From positions 63,116,001 to 63,180,000 of the forward strand of contig NC_042999.1 of NCBI RefSeq assembly GCF_006345805.1: 64,000 nucleotides of DNA, given 5' to 3'. Below the pieces are notes generated by a model. It was given only the letters and a program-made list of their open reading frames with translations. It was not told where the DNA came from and did not search any database. Shown one piece after another: positions 12,391 through 25,117 of this stretch. Position 1 is the first letter of the stretch. Every line of letters starts with the position of its first letter. The translations under genes were made by a program, and so were the position numbers. The DNA is from Octopus sinensis (lineage: Eukaryota).

Positions 12391-12431
<41 letters not shown>

Positions 12432-13258
12432 TTGGACTGGCAGAGTCATTAGGGCATAAAATAGAATGCCTTGTGGTATTTACTCTAGCTTGCTGCACTT
12501 CAATTCAAACTCCACCTAGCCCAAGTTTGTCTTTCATTTACAAAGAGTTACTTGATAAATAAATTACCAGTTCAGAGAAGTCGATGGATGGAATGCTACA
12601 GTGTCAGACAACCTTGATGCCAGCATAAAAAAAAAAAAAAATGTCCACAGGATTTGGTAAATGGTAGCCCTTTAGCATTTAAACTGGCCATATCGGACCA
12701 AAATTTTCTACAAGTTTTATGTCCAAACAAGCCATATCCAGCCTCTCACACTACTGCTACAATGTAATTCTATAATAAGCAATCATGTTGTCAAAATCTT
12801 GATGGCTACAAGGCAGTGCATGATTAATTCAAAGCAATATATCAGAATCAGAATGCTTAAAGTTTTAAGCAAGTGCCTGAGTATTTCAGCTGAACACTCT
12901 CAATGCCAGCAGAAGAAAACTTAAGGGGACTTTCAACTCCTGTGCAAACAATAAACGATATGATTACTTGTAAGTGAGGCAGACAGATTACATTTTGAAA
13001 TCATGGTTCTGTTCAATATTGTGTACAGTCAAGCAAAAGGCTGACTGAATGAATTGGTGATTTGAAAATGTAATTCTTATTTATTTTACAATTGAGTAAA
13101 CATATATAACAACACTTGTAACACAAGGCATATTAAGTAATTTTATGCTGTTGTATCCGAAAATAAAATAAAAACATGTATGTATATATACATACATATA
13201 TATATATATACACACACATACAAAAACACATATACATATATTCATACATGCATATAAA

Positions 13259-13647
13259 GGTGCAGGAGCGGCTGTGTGGTAAGTAGCTTGCTTACCAACC
13301 ACATGGTTCCGGGTTCATTCCTACTGCGTTGCATCTTGGGCAAGTGTCTTCTACTATAGCCTAGGGCCGACCAAAGCCTTGTGAGTGGATTTGGTAGACG
13401 GAAACTGAAAGAAGACCGTCGCGTATATATATATATGTTTGTGTGTCTGTGTTTGTCCCCCCCAACATTGCTTGACAACTGATGGTGGTGTGTTTACGTC
13501 CCTGTAACTTAGCAGTTCAGCAAAAGAGACCAAAAGAATAAGTACTAGGCTTCCAAAGAATAAGTCCTGGGGTCAATTTGCTTGACTAAAGGCGGTGCTC
13601 CAGCATGGCCGCAGTCAAATGACTGAAACAAGTAAAAGAGTAAAGAG
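13259..13647 (+). mobile_element. SINE family A, full-length copy
   Basis: Complete head, microsatellite and tail ending GACTGAAACAAGTAAAAGAGTAAAGAG. Confidence 0.9.
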
Positions 13648-14378
13648 TGTACATGCATGTATACACACACACATGCATATGTATATATATGTGTGTGATT
13701 AAGTGGAGAGTAAAGGGAAAAAGAGGGTAAAATAAATAAATAAATACTGAAGATGCTGAAGTATATTAAAAATATAAAGATAGTAAAAAGCAACCCAGAC
13801 ATACATTTGTATACAAAAAAAATTGCTGAAGACAACAAAGAAAAAAAAAAGGCGACCATTCATAGTCATCCTTGAACATTTATTTCAAACAATGAGGGTA
13901 TTTTTTTTAAGTGTTTTCTTATTTTAATTTTTTTTTATACAATATCTTTTCTCCACCCACTACTACCCCTTTTGTGTCATCATTCTTTCATTTTATTATT
14001 TATTTATTTATTTATCATTTTTTCTTTTAAAGATTACCAATTTGAAGGGCGTGTGAAATATTCTATTTGTCTTGTCATGAGGTAACAAGAAAGAATGAGA
14101 GAGAGGGAGAAAGAGAGAGGGAGAAAGAGAGAGAGAGAGAGAGAAATAGAAAGGGAGCAAAGAAGAAGGGGAGACAGAGAGGGAAAGATATTTAATATGC
14201 AGTGAGAGGCCAGGTGGTTGGTTGGTAGTCGGTGGATTACAAAAGGAGTTCTTCAGTGATTTAATAATACCTGTTTAAATTACACTCTACCAACAAACAA
14301 GCAAACTAAAACACCATAGGTTTACAGAGATAATCAAATACTTGGAGGGTTGATGCTCTTACACTATCTCCCTCTTAC

Positions 14379-14445
<67 letters not shown>

Positions 14446-15292
14446 TATATATACACATTCACAGACACACGTGTAATTTTAAAAATGAATGTTTGTTTCT
14501 TTTGTAATTATTATGTTGGTTCGTTTTTTCATTTTTTTTTTTTATTTTACTTTTGAAAAAGAAACAATATATAATTGAGAGTTAGTAACACTGTAAGAGC
14601 AGATTTAATTAATTGCAGGGGGGAAGTTGTCCAGTGTCATGGCAGAGAGTAAGGGAGAGTATCTTTGGTTACGTCAGGATGAAGACGTTCTGAGTCACCA
14701 CGAGGAGAGGAACTGTCCTCAGCTGGTGGGGGTGGGGGCGGCGTTAGGGGGTGGTGGAATCAGTCACAAGTTATGAAGTGAAGAGGTGGGAGAAGTCATC
14801 CATAGCTTCAGTGGAAAGAACTTGTTCTCGGTCACAGTAGGAAGTCGTTCTGAGTCACCTTAGTTATCATGGGATAAGACATGATCCACCATGAGGAAAG
14901 ATACAGGTTATCATGGAAGTACATGCAAAGTCCTGATAAAATAGACACCAAGGTGTTGAAATAACTCACTGTTGTAAGCTAGAGTGGTGTAAAGCTGATA
15001 ATTGTGTTTTATTGGTTAGCAAAGTTTAGCTCAGTTCTTCCTTAGCCTTTTAGTGTTCAGATTATACTATCAAACATAATGCTTATTCTTTTACTTGTTT
15101 CAGTCATTTGACTGTGGCCATGCTGGAGCACCACCTTTAGTCGAGCAAATCGACCCCAGGACTTGTTCTTTGTAAGCCTAGTACTTATTCTACTGATATC
15201 TTTTGCTGAACTGCTGAGCTACAGGGACATAAACACACCAGCATCGGTTGTCAAGCGATGTTGGGGGGGACAAACACAAACACACACACATA

Positions 15293-16815
15293 TCATCATC
15301 ATCATCATCATTTAACGTCCGCTTTCCATGCTAGCATGGGTTGGACGGTTCAACTGGGGTCTGGGGAGCCCGAAAGCTGCACCAGTCCAGTCAGATCTGG
15401 CAGTGTTTCTACAGCTGGATGCCCTTCCTAACGCCAACCACTCCGAGAGTGTAGTGGGTGATTTTATGTGCCACCGACACAGGTGCCAGACGAGGCTGGC
15501 AAACGGCCACGCTCGGATGGTGTTTTTTATGTGCCACCGACACAGGTGCCAGACGAGGCTGGCAGATGGCCACGCTCGGATGGTGTTTTTATGTGCCACC
15601 GACACAGGTGCCAGATGAGGCTGGCAAACGGCCACGATCGGATGGTGCTTGTTACGTGCCCACAGCACGGAGGCCAGTCGATGCGGTACTGGCTACGGCC
15701 ACGTTCGGATGGTTTTCTTGTGTGCCACGTGCCACCGGCACTGGTACCACAAAGATACAAATTCCATTGATGTTCATCTATTTTGATTTGTTTTGATTTT
15801 CACTTGCCTCAACAGGTCTTCACAAGTGTCACAAGAAGGAAGGTATGCACAGGTGGACTGACTACGTCCCAGGTAGGGGCCATGGGTTATGGCCTGACTA
15901 GTCTTGCCGGGTCTTCGGGTGGTGTTTTTATGTGCCACCGACACAGGTGCTAGATGAGCCTGGCAAACGGCCACGATCGGATGGTGTTTGTCATGTGCCC
16001 ACCGCACTGACTACAGCACTGATGGATTTCTTGTGTGCCACAGGCACTGGTACCACAAGATACAAATTCCATTGATGTTCATCTATTTTGTCTATTTTGA
16101 TTTGATTTGATTTTCACTTGCCTCAACCGGTCTTCACAAGTGTCACAAGAAGGAAGGTATGCACAGGTGGACTGACTAGTCTTGCCAGGTCTTCGGAAGG
16201 TGTTTTTATGTGCAACCGACACAGGTGCCAGATGAGGCTGGCGAACGGCCATGATCGGATGGTGTTTGTTACGTGCCCACAGCACGGAGGCCGGTCGATG
16301 CGGAACTGGCTACGGCCACGTTCGGATGGTTCTCTTGTGTGCCACCGGCACTGGTACCACAAAGTGTGTGCCACCGGCACTGGTACCACAAAGATACAGA
16401 TTCCATTGATGTTCATCTATTTTGATTTGTTTTGATTTTGATTTTCACTTGCCTCAACAGGTCTTCACAAGTGTCACAAGGAAGGAAGGTATGCACAGGT
16501 GGACTGACTACATCCCAGGTAGGGGCCATGGGTTATGGCCTGACTAGTCTTGCCGGGTCTTCGGATGGTGTTTTTATGTGCCACCGGCACTGGTACCACA
16601 GGCGGTACTGACTACTTTTTATGTGCCACCGACACAGGTGCTAGATGAAGCTGGCGAACGGCCACGACCGGATGGTGTTTGTTATGTGCCCACAGCACGA
16701 TGGCCAGTGATGCGGTACTGACTACGGCCACGTTCGGATGGATTCTTGTGTGCCACCGGCACTGGTACCACAAAGATACAAATTCCATTGATGTTCATCT
16801 ATTTTGATTTGTTTT
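15293..16815 (-). repeat. SINE family C element with an internal nested tandem array (62-63 bp units plus about 280-410 bp higher-order units)
   Basis: (CAT)n tail and RTE-type 3' end at 15293-15460. The marker ATGTGC(C/A)ACC recurs at 15466, 15529, 15591, 15930, 16208, 16576 and 16621. Confidence 0.9.
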
Positions 16816-16816
16816 G

Positions 16817-16853
<37 letters not shown>

Positions 16854-16939
16854 CACACACACACACATACATACATATATATATATACATACACACACAC
16901 ACACATACATATATATACATATATACATACACATAAATG

Positions 16940-17010
<71 letters not shown>

Positions 17011-17107
17011 TACATACATACATATATATACATACATACATATACATACATACACACACATATACATACATACACACACATATACATACATACACACACA
17101 CACACAG

Positions 17108-17151
<44 letters not shown>

Positions 17152-17180
17152 TATATATATATATACATATTTATATACGT
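16816..17180. repeat. Complex (AT)n/(AC)n/(ATAC)n microsatellite
   Basis: About 360 bp of interrupted dinucleotide and tetranucleotide repeats; source of four spurious ORFs. Confidence 0.97.
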
Positions 17181-17810
17181 ATATACAATGGGCTTCTTTC
17201 AGTTTCCGTTCACCAAATCCATTCACAAGGCTTTGGTCGGCTCAAGGCTATAGTAGAAGACATTTGCCCAAGATGCCATGCAGTGGGACTGAACCTGGAA
17301 CCATGTGGTTTGTAAGCAAGCTACTTACCACTCCTGTGCCTATGTGTACTTTTCTGAAAATATGCTATTATTTTACCCCACTACCCACTTTTAACACTCA
17401 TTTATTTCATTTACTTAGAAAAAATATGGATTAAATAGCTCCAGAAATGTGTGTTTATAGGCATGGTGTGAGCATGGTCCAAAGGCCTAAATTCAACATG
17501 GCAAAGGTCAAACTTCCAGTTAGAAGCTGACAGCAGGAAATCAGAGTAAAATAAACAAATAAATAAATGGGAAATGTTCATACTCAATACGAAGGAAAGG
17601 AGTAGATAGGAAGTTGATTCTGTGCACTGAATGAGAGTAATGAGTCCATCAAAGATGTTGTGGGAACTTTGGCAGATAGAGAGAGAGGAATAAGGGCTTC
17701 AGATATGATTTATGCACAGGACTTAATTAACAGTAGCAAAAGCCTGTGAAATGGTGTCTATGGGCTTTTCAGACAGTTCACAAAGTAATTTCTAAATAAT
17801 CCATTTAGTG

Positions 17811-18555
17811 CAGGGGTTCTCAACCATTTTTTATCAATGGACCCCATTTGATTATTTTATTCTGGTGGATCCCTATAGCCATTTCATGTTTAAAAGATAC
17901 TTTTCTACAGACTTCTTTCAAAACTCCTATTTTTTTTTTTTTTTCATACATAGGCATAGGAGTGGCTGTGTGGTAAGTAGCTTGCTTACCAACCACATGG
18001 TTCTGGGTTCAGTCCCCCCACTGCATGGCACCTTGGGCAAGTGTCTTCTACTATAGCCTCGGGCCGTCTAAAGCCTTGTGAGTGGATTTGGTAGGCGGAA
18101 ACTGAAAGAAGCCCGTTGTATATATGTATACATATGTGTATGTGTTTGTGTTAATTGTGTTTGTCCCCCCAACATCGCTTGACAACTGATGCTGGTGTGT
18201 TTACTTCCCCATAACTTAGCGGTTTGACAAAAGAGACCGATAGAATAAGTACTAGGCTTACAAAGAATAAGTCTTGGGGGTCAATTTGCTTGACTAAAGG
18301 TGCTCCAGCATGGCCACAGTCACAGGACTAAAACAAGTAAAAGAGCATACATAAGCTTGTGTTGGTTGAACTATGTGAAATATTAGAGAAAGAAACTTAG
18401 CTGTTTCTTGCAATACATATGTCTAAAGCAAAAATATTTCAGGGGTCCTTAAAATATTATTGTGGATCCCCAATTTACTATTTCATTATGTAGAAAACCC
18501 CAAAAGTTTTATATAGATCCTGCAGGGCCATAGAGACCCCGGTTGAGAATCACTG
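17811..18555. mobile_element. hAT-type MITE interrupted by a SINE
   Basis: TIRs CAGGGGTTCTCAACC (17811) and GGTTGAGAATCACTG (18541-18555); imperfect 8-bp flanks ATTTAGTG/ATTTGATG. Confidence 0.75.
17951..18345 (+). mobile_element. SINE family A copy nested in the hAT MITE
   Basis: Full family A structure between the two hAT TIRs. Confidence 0.9.
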
Positions 18556-18705
18556 ATTTGATGTAAGAAGTGAATGCAGCAAAAAGCAATAGAAAAGCTT
18601 ATGAAATTATCGGCTGTTGTCAATGAAAGGTTCATTCTGGTTTACAGAAAGGCATCCCTATGAAGAGTGTCAAAGACATGTGATGTAACAGCACAATATT
18701 CTCTT

Positions 18706-19015
18706 TTACTTGTTTCAGTCATTTGACTACAGCCATGCTGGAGCACCGCCTTTAGTCAAGCAAATCAACCCCAGGACTTATTCTTTGTAAGCCTAGTACT
18801 TATTCTATCGTTTTCTTTTGCCGAACTAAGTTACAGGGACATAAACACACCAGTATCGGTTGTCAAGCGACATTGGGGGGAACAAACACACACACACTCA
18901 TATATACATACATAGGCTATAGTAGAAGACACCCAAGGTGCCACACAGTGGGACTGAACCTGGAGCCATGTTGTTGGTAAACAAGCTACTTACCACACAG
19001 TCACTCCTACGCCAA
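18706..19015 (-). mobile_element. SINE family A copy with internal deletion
   Basis: Tail and head present; central segment missing relative to other copies. Confidence 0.85.
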
Positions 19016-19019
19016 TGTG

Positions 19020-19270
19020 GAAGATTTGCAACGATTAGAGTAAACCGAGGCACATATGTGTTGAATGCGTAATAGTAGCATGTGTGAGGGGCTGTATGCT
19101 CATGGGTTAAGAGTGCCACAGAATGTTACAGGATTCAGGTGTGTTAACTTTAGAGGTTTTGAGATATGATGTAAATGGATAAGAGATGGAGAGGTGGGAG
19201 GAGTGAACTATGAGTTGTCAGAAAAAGGTGCCCACAGGAGAAATGGTGAAGGATTGAAATGATTGGCAGA
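19020..19270 (+). mobile_element. Degraded RTE LINE 3' fragment
   Basis: Translates DLQRLE*TEAHMC*MRN, resembling the RTE post-RT RLERTE.xMLRWM pattern. Confidence 0.45.
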
Positions 19271-19324
19271 TCTGCATAACCCACAACAGCTTGGGAAATA
19301 AGATGACAGTAATCATGTGTGTAT

Positions 19325-19615
19325 CATCATCATCATCATCATCATCAACAACATTTAACGTCCGCTTTCCATGCTAGCATGGGTTGGACGATTTGACTGA
19401 GGACTGGCAAACCAGACTCCAATCTGATCTGGCAGAGTTTCTACAGCTGAATGCTCTTCCTAATGCCAACCACTCCCAAAGTGTAGTGGGTGCTTTTACG
19501 TGCCGCCTGACTGGCCCTCTTGTGGTACTGGCAACTGCCACCCACGCTCAAATAATTTTTTTTACATGCCACCTGCACAGGAGCCAGTCCAGCGGCACTG
19601 GCAACGACCTGACGG
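19325..19615 (-). mobile_element. SINE family C copy
   Basis: (CAT)n tail plus reverse complement of ...GTTGGCATTAGGAAGAGCATTCAGCTGTAGAAA.... Confidence 0.85.
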
Positions 19616-20653
19616 TCTGTGTCAGCAAGAATTGTATTTATCAAAAATGTAACAGAAAGACTAAAGTAACATTGATTTCAAATTTTGGCAAGGCCAGCAA
19701 TTTAAGGGAGGGGGTTGGTTGATTACACTGACCCGAGTGCTCAACTGGTACTCATTTGATCAACCCTGAAAGGATGAAAGGCAAAAATCAACCTTGGTGG
19801 AATTTGAACCCAGAACATAGAGACGGATGAAATGCTGCTAAACATCTTGCCTGGCATGCTAACAATTCTGCCAGCATTTGAGATAGATAGAGAGAGGGAG
19901 TGGGAGAGAGAGGGAGGGAGAGAGTTATAGTTTCCTCTACTCCCTAAGAACTATAAAAACATTTACTGAGGTAAATGAATGCAAAATAGTAAAAACTATA
20001 GAAGATAAAATGTAGATGATTTATATACATAAAAATAAGTCTATAAAATATATATGAAAATAATTATTTTAATGTGGGCTGCAATCTAGATGTCGAAGCT
20101 ATACTTTGACTTCCATAGATAAATAAAATGGTGAAAAGTATCTTGAGAAGCAAGTAAAAATGATATTAAATTAAAATGAGGCTTTGTGTAGGCTCTTCAT
20201 TAAAAGACAAAATTATTTACTATTAAGGGTAGAGTATTCTATATATACTTAGACACTATACAGAAGGCAAAACAATAACTGAAATTCAAGGGAAAACAGG
20301 TCCCATCTGATTGCATGGTTGTTATCTTGAATTCAACAATTTAAGTAAATTTTAACCCTTCAGTTTTCAAACCAGCCATATCTAGCCCAAATATTTTATT
20401 TATGTTTTTTGATCAAGTTAGCCAGATCCAGCTTCTCACACCTACGCGACATTTTCTAAAAATGAACAATTGATTCATGATTAATTCAAAACAATGTGAA
20501 TAAATAAGCATTACATTTGACAGAATAATCTGAATACTAAAGAGTGAAGAGAATATTTTATAAAGTTCCACATGCAAGTCTTTGTACATACGTTTCCGAC
20601 ATGGAAATTTATGAGCAAAGACTGATGAAATATGCGTTGTTTCTTGTACTTAC

Positions 20654-20834
20654 GTTTGTGTGCCAGCACACCTCTTGTTTGTCAGCAAAACAGTATGACC
20701 CCGGTCAAAGTTCAATGTCTGTGAAAGATCTTGACGATCCTTAATTCTGTCGTGTTTCAAAACTTTAGTAGGCAACTCCTTATTTGGTGATTCCCGGGCA
20801 TCCAGTCCACAGCATGGTTTGTAAAAGTTTTCCC
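20654..20834 (-). CDS. Internal coding exon (181 bp) of an unidentified minus-strand gene
   Basis: Acceptor gtcttctttccAG and donor GTAAGT. Only one frame is open: (G)ENFYKPCCGLDARESPNKELPTKVLKHDRIKDRQDLSQTLNFDRGHTVLLTNKRCAGTQ(T), phase 1 to phase 2. Unique, non-repeat sequence. Confidence 0.75.
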
Positions 20835-23800
20835 CTGGAAAGAAGACAACATAAATGATAATGACATGACAGTAATATAAGAATCTTGAAATCAGGACCA
20901 TATTTATAAACACACATTACACACACACACAGGTATGTATTCAAAATATTTGTTTAATTCATACGTGTTCAGAGGCTATAGAAAAACAGAAGTACAAATC
21001 AATTTATTTTCTGCTTGTGACATCTTGTGAGTAAATATATGCATTTGTGTATACAATTGCAAACATGAAGAGAGAAAGGCATTATATTTTGTATATAAAA
21101 GTATTGGAATATCTGAAATAGGTGACAAAATAAGTGTGTAAAAAGAGACACATAGACAAAATCATTGTCCTATATGTCATTCTAGGGATAAATAAAGAAA
21201 TCATTATTATCATCAACACTGAGAATTGCTGGCCTTGTACCTAAACTAGAAACAGTTATTATTATTATCATTATCATCATCATCATTATTATTGAGTGAG
21301 GGAGCAGTGCATGCCATCAAAGTGACACTGGGGTAAAATATATGAACCCCAGTATACCTATCATGACTACCTATCTGATAAAGGTACACCAGGCACATGC
21401 ATCACAACCCTATGTGCACAACAAGGTGATCTCATATCAAGATAAACAGCACATGACCTTGCAGGTGGGGCCCAGTTAGAATTTTCTTCAGGTTGAGTAG
21501 TCCATCCTGATCAAAAGGTCTCTGAATAAGGGTTGTTTAAAGATGTTGAATGAAACACCCATGTTTCCAGAAGTGAATTATTCAAACCCCAAAGAATTCC
21601 TCTCAACACATGGCTATGATGCTCCGCCACAAACTCTGCTCATGATCAGCAATGCACATATCATCAGCCACAAAGGGAGATGCCCAACTGGTTAAGGTTA
21701 AGCAACTGACAAGCAAATCTGGTATTGAACAGAATATTTGCTGCAGCCCATCATTTATACCAATACAAAACATGTACAAGCTAACACTTCCATTATTATT
21801 ATTATTATTATTGAGTTCAAATTCCACCGGGGTCAACATTGCCTTTCATCCTTTCAGGGTTAATGAAATGAGTACCAGTGAAACACTGGGGTCAATGTGA
21901 CTAACTAGTCCCCTCCCCCAAATTTCAGGCCTTGTGCCAATTGTAGAAAGGATTATTATTGTTGTTATTATTATTATTAGTCAAGGCAATATTTGCCTTT
22001 CATACCTCAGTGTTGAAGAAATAGAGTACCAGTTAAATACTGTGGTTGATATAATTAACTACCCCATCCCTCCAGATTTTGTATTTTTCTATCTTCATGT
22101 TAGAAATATGAAGACGTTCCAAGTGAGTGGTTTCAACTATCTCAAATAATCAATTTATATTACAAAAGGAAATACTTTTTTTTCTAGAAATATCTTGTAC
22201 TTAAAAACTCTCATGCAAGCAATTTAGCTTAAGCAGAAAATTATAGAATGTAATGAGACACAGAAGCAGAGTTTGAACTGGTGAGTTCTATCTTATTCTT
22301 CCTTGAACATATTGAACACTTCACTACAAAAACTTTTCCCTTGTTTACTAGAAAACATTTGCCTCTTTAATAACTTTAAAACATTATTCATTATTCTTTT
22401 CAACTTATTGGCTTAACATATGAGGCTTACTACATATGAGACCTTTACATATGGGCTTATAATCCTGGTATCCACACACACACATACATACACTATTCTA
22501 CTTTAATAACACAGTGACCATAGCTGACACTGATCAACAGTCACACAGTGCTAATGAACTTTCTATGTCATTGTCAAACAAGAAATATATCTTTCGACAA
22601 CCCATAACAAGGATAAGGAGAAACTTTATGGTTATATCTCACTGATAACATGCTGCCAAATAAACTGAAATGAAATCTCATTTAACAACTTGTTTTTGAT
22701 AGTCCAGATTCCAAAGAATTAATCACATAGATCAAATTCTTTGTTAATTGGTACTTTTAAATGGTAAGCATCAATGTTATTAAGTAGTAAGGCCTTCTAA
22801 TAGGTCACTTAATACGTAAGTTAATTAGTCCTTTGACTGGTGGAGAGCAAAGTGCTAGGATTCCATTGAAACTAAGCAGAAAATATCAGATAAGTTCTAT
22901 TGAAGAAAGAGTGCAATGATCTGTGTGTGTCTAGAGCACACATATGCACACTTGAATGTACAAACAAGAGAGAAAGCACTCAGTATATGTATTACTAAAG
23001 TTAATTTATTCATTTGAAACTAAAGATTTACTTTGTCACTACTTGAGATTCTCACTATGGTTGATCCTTCTGATGACAGTGTAGATGAGTGTGTTTGTTT
23101 GAAAAACAAAAACAATTGAAATAAAACAGAGGGAAAAAAAAACAAAAAAACTAAAACACGTGTCACCAAACAAACCCAGTTGTCTTCAACAGAAGTAAAC
23201 TGAATACATTTGATAAAGCAAAAAAAGCAAGTGTGGTGGTTGTGACGTTGTTGTTTGGGTTCAAGTCAACCTTGATCCAGCAGAACTATGATCAAAGGTA
23301 TTCCAGCCATGACTTCCCATAAAAATGATGATGATGCAGGATGGTTAGCAAGAGTTACATAATCTAAAGTCTTTATTTTTAGACAGTAAGATTGTGATTT
23401 AGAAATGCCTACAACATGACACAGCTAGTGATGATGTGACTCAACAGCATTGAAGAAATATATTTTACAAGCACATATGTATGGATATATATATGTGTGT
23501 CCATATGTGCATATATGCAGATGTATATGCATATATGCATGTGCCTGTCTATATATTTTTTGTGTTAAAAAGGAAAAAAAATCTGCAGAATGGTAACATT
23601 TATTTTAACCATATAGTTAGTTCTAAGATGACATAATGCAACAATTATAACGGTGACTCATAGCTATTTGTGAGAAGAACCATCAGACAGAGGCAGTGCG
23701 ACTATTGAGGAGGAGAGGGTGATGACATGAATGCAACAAGTTTCAATAGAGAAAATATATAAAATTAAAATTCAGAACAAAATAAGACAAAAAAAGAAAG

Positions 23801-24087
23801 AAAAAAAGAAAGAAAAAAGGTTCTTGATACAAATTCTTTTGAAAAATAAAAGAAATAAAAATATATATATATACAAAAAAAGAATGAAACGAAATACTGG
23901 AAACACAGCATATTTGAAAATATTCAGATTGGATCTAAAGCTTGTGTTCATCTGTTTAAACAAGTAAATTTAATGAATACAAATATAAATCCGGTAGCAC
24001 AATATGAAATAGTATCCCTCTCTTCACACTTAATAGATTTCACTGCTGCAAAACTAATCTCTGCCCTTTTGAATTTGATGACATACC

Positions 24088-24490
24088 TATTTCTTTACTA
24101 TCCACAAGGGGCTACAGAGAGGACAAACAAGGATAGACAAATGGATTAAGTTGATTATATCGACCCCAGGGCGTAAATGGTACTTATTTAATCGACCCCG
24201 AAAGGATGAAAGGCAAAATTGATCTCGTCAGAATTTGAACTCAGAACATAGCGGCAGACGAAATACCTATTTCTTTACTACCCACAAGGGGCTAAACACA
24301 GAGAAGACAGACAAACGGATTAAATCGATTATATCGACCCCAGTGCGTAACTGGTACTTATTTAATCGACCCCGAAAGGATGAAAGGCAAAGTTGACCTC
24401 AGCGGAATTTGAACTCAGAATGTAACGGCAGATGAAATACTGCTAAGCATTTCGCCTGGTGTGCTAACGTTTCTGCCAGCTCGCCGCCTA
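24088..24490 (-). mobile_element. SINE family B head-to-tail dimer
   Basis: Full copy 24268-24490 plus 5'-truncated copy 24088-24267, both inside one 10-bp TSD ATGACATACC (24078-24087 and 24491-24500). Confidence 0.88.
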
Positions 24491-25053
24491 ATGACATACC
24501 AATGACATCTACTTTATGTATTGTTGAGTTTTATGCACCGGACTTTGTTACACAGCAAAAACTGATTACAATCCCATTTCAATAACTAAACTGGCAGGTG
24601 CAGATATGGCTGTGTGGTGAGGAGTCTGTTTCTGGACCACATGATTCTGAGTTCAGTTGCACTGCATGGCACCTTAGGCAAGTGTCTTCTGCTATAGCTC
24701 TGGACCAACCGATGCCTTGTGAGTGGAATGGTAGATGAAAATTGTGAGGAAGACCAGCATGTGTGTGCATCTATGTTTGTCTTCTCACCCCTTGACAAAA
24801 CTGGTTTTAGCTTGTTTATGTCAGAGGAACTTAGCAGTCTAGTAAAAGAGGCTGATAAAGAAAGAACCAGATTTAAAATATGTATACTGGGGTTGATTTG
24901 TCTGACAAAATGGTGTTCCAGCACAGACACAGTCTAATGACTGAAACAAGTAAAATAATAAAAGAGTAATTAATCATCTTATATTACTTATGAAACCTCT
25001 TGCAACCATACATCATTTACTAATAAAATAAACTTTTGTTTGAAAAGGGCGCA

Positions 25054-25085
<32 letters not shown>

Positions 25086-25086
25086 A

Positions 25087-25117
<31 letters not shown>

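Noticed and set aside
15312-16435. Multiple overlapping repetitive ORFs (CATDTGARRG / PPTQVPDEAG)
   Set aside because: By-products of the GC-rich SINE-derived tandem array; open on both strands with no splice or start context.
16722-17253. Long ORFs of 112-149 aa (YIYI/CVCV/HTHT)
   Set aside because: Translations of AT/AC microsatellites. The same applies to ORFs at about 43.7-44.2, 51.4 and 61.4-61.9 kb.
23030-23100. Possible minus-strand exon (QTHSSTLSSEGSTIVRIS)
   Set aside because: The pyrimidine tract ends in TTTTCAA with no AG acceptor, and the donor is weak.
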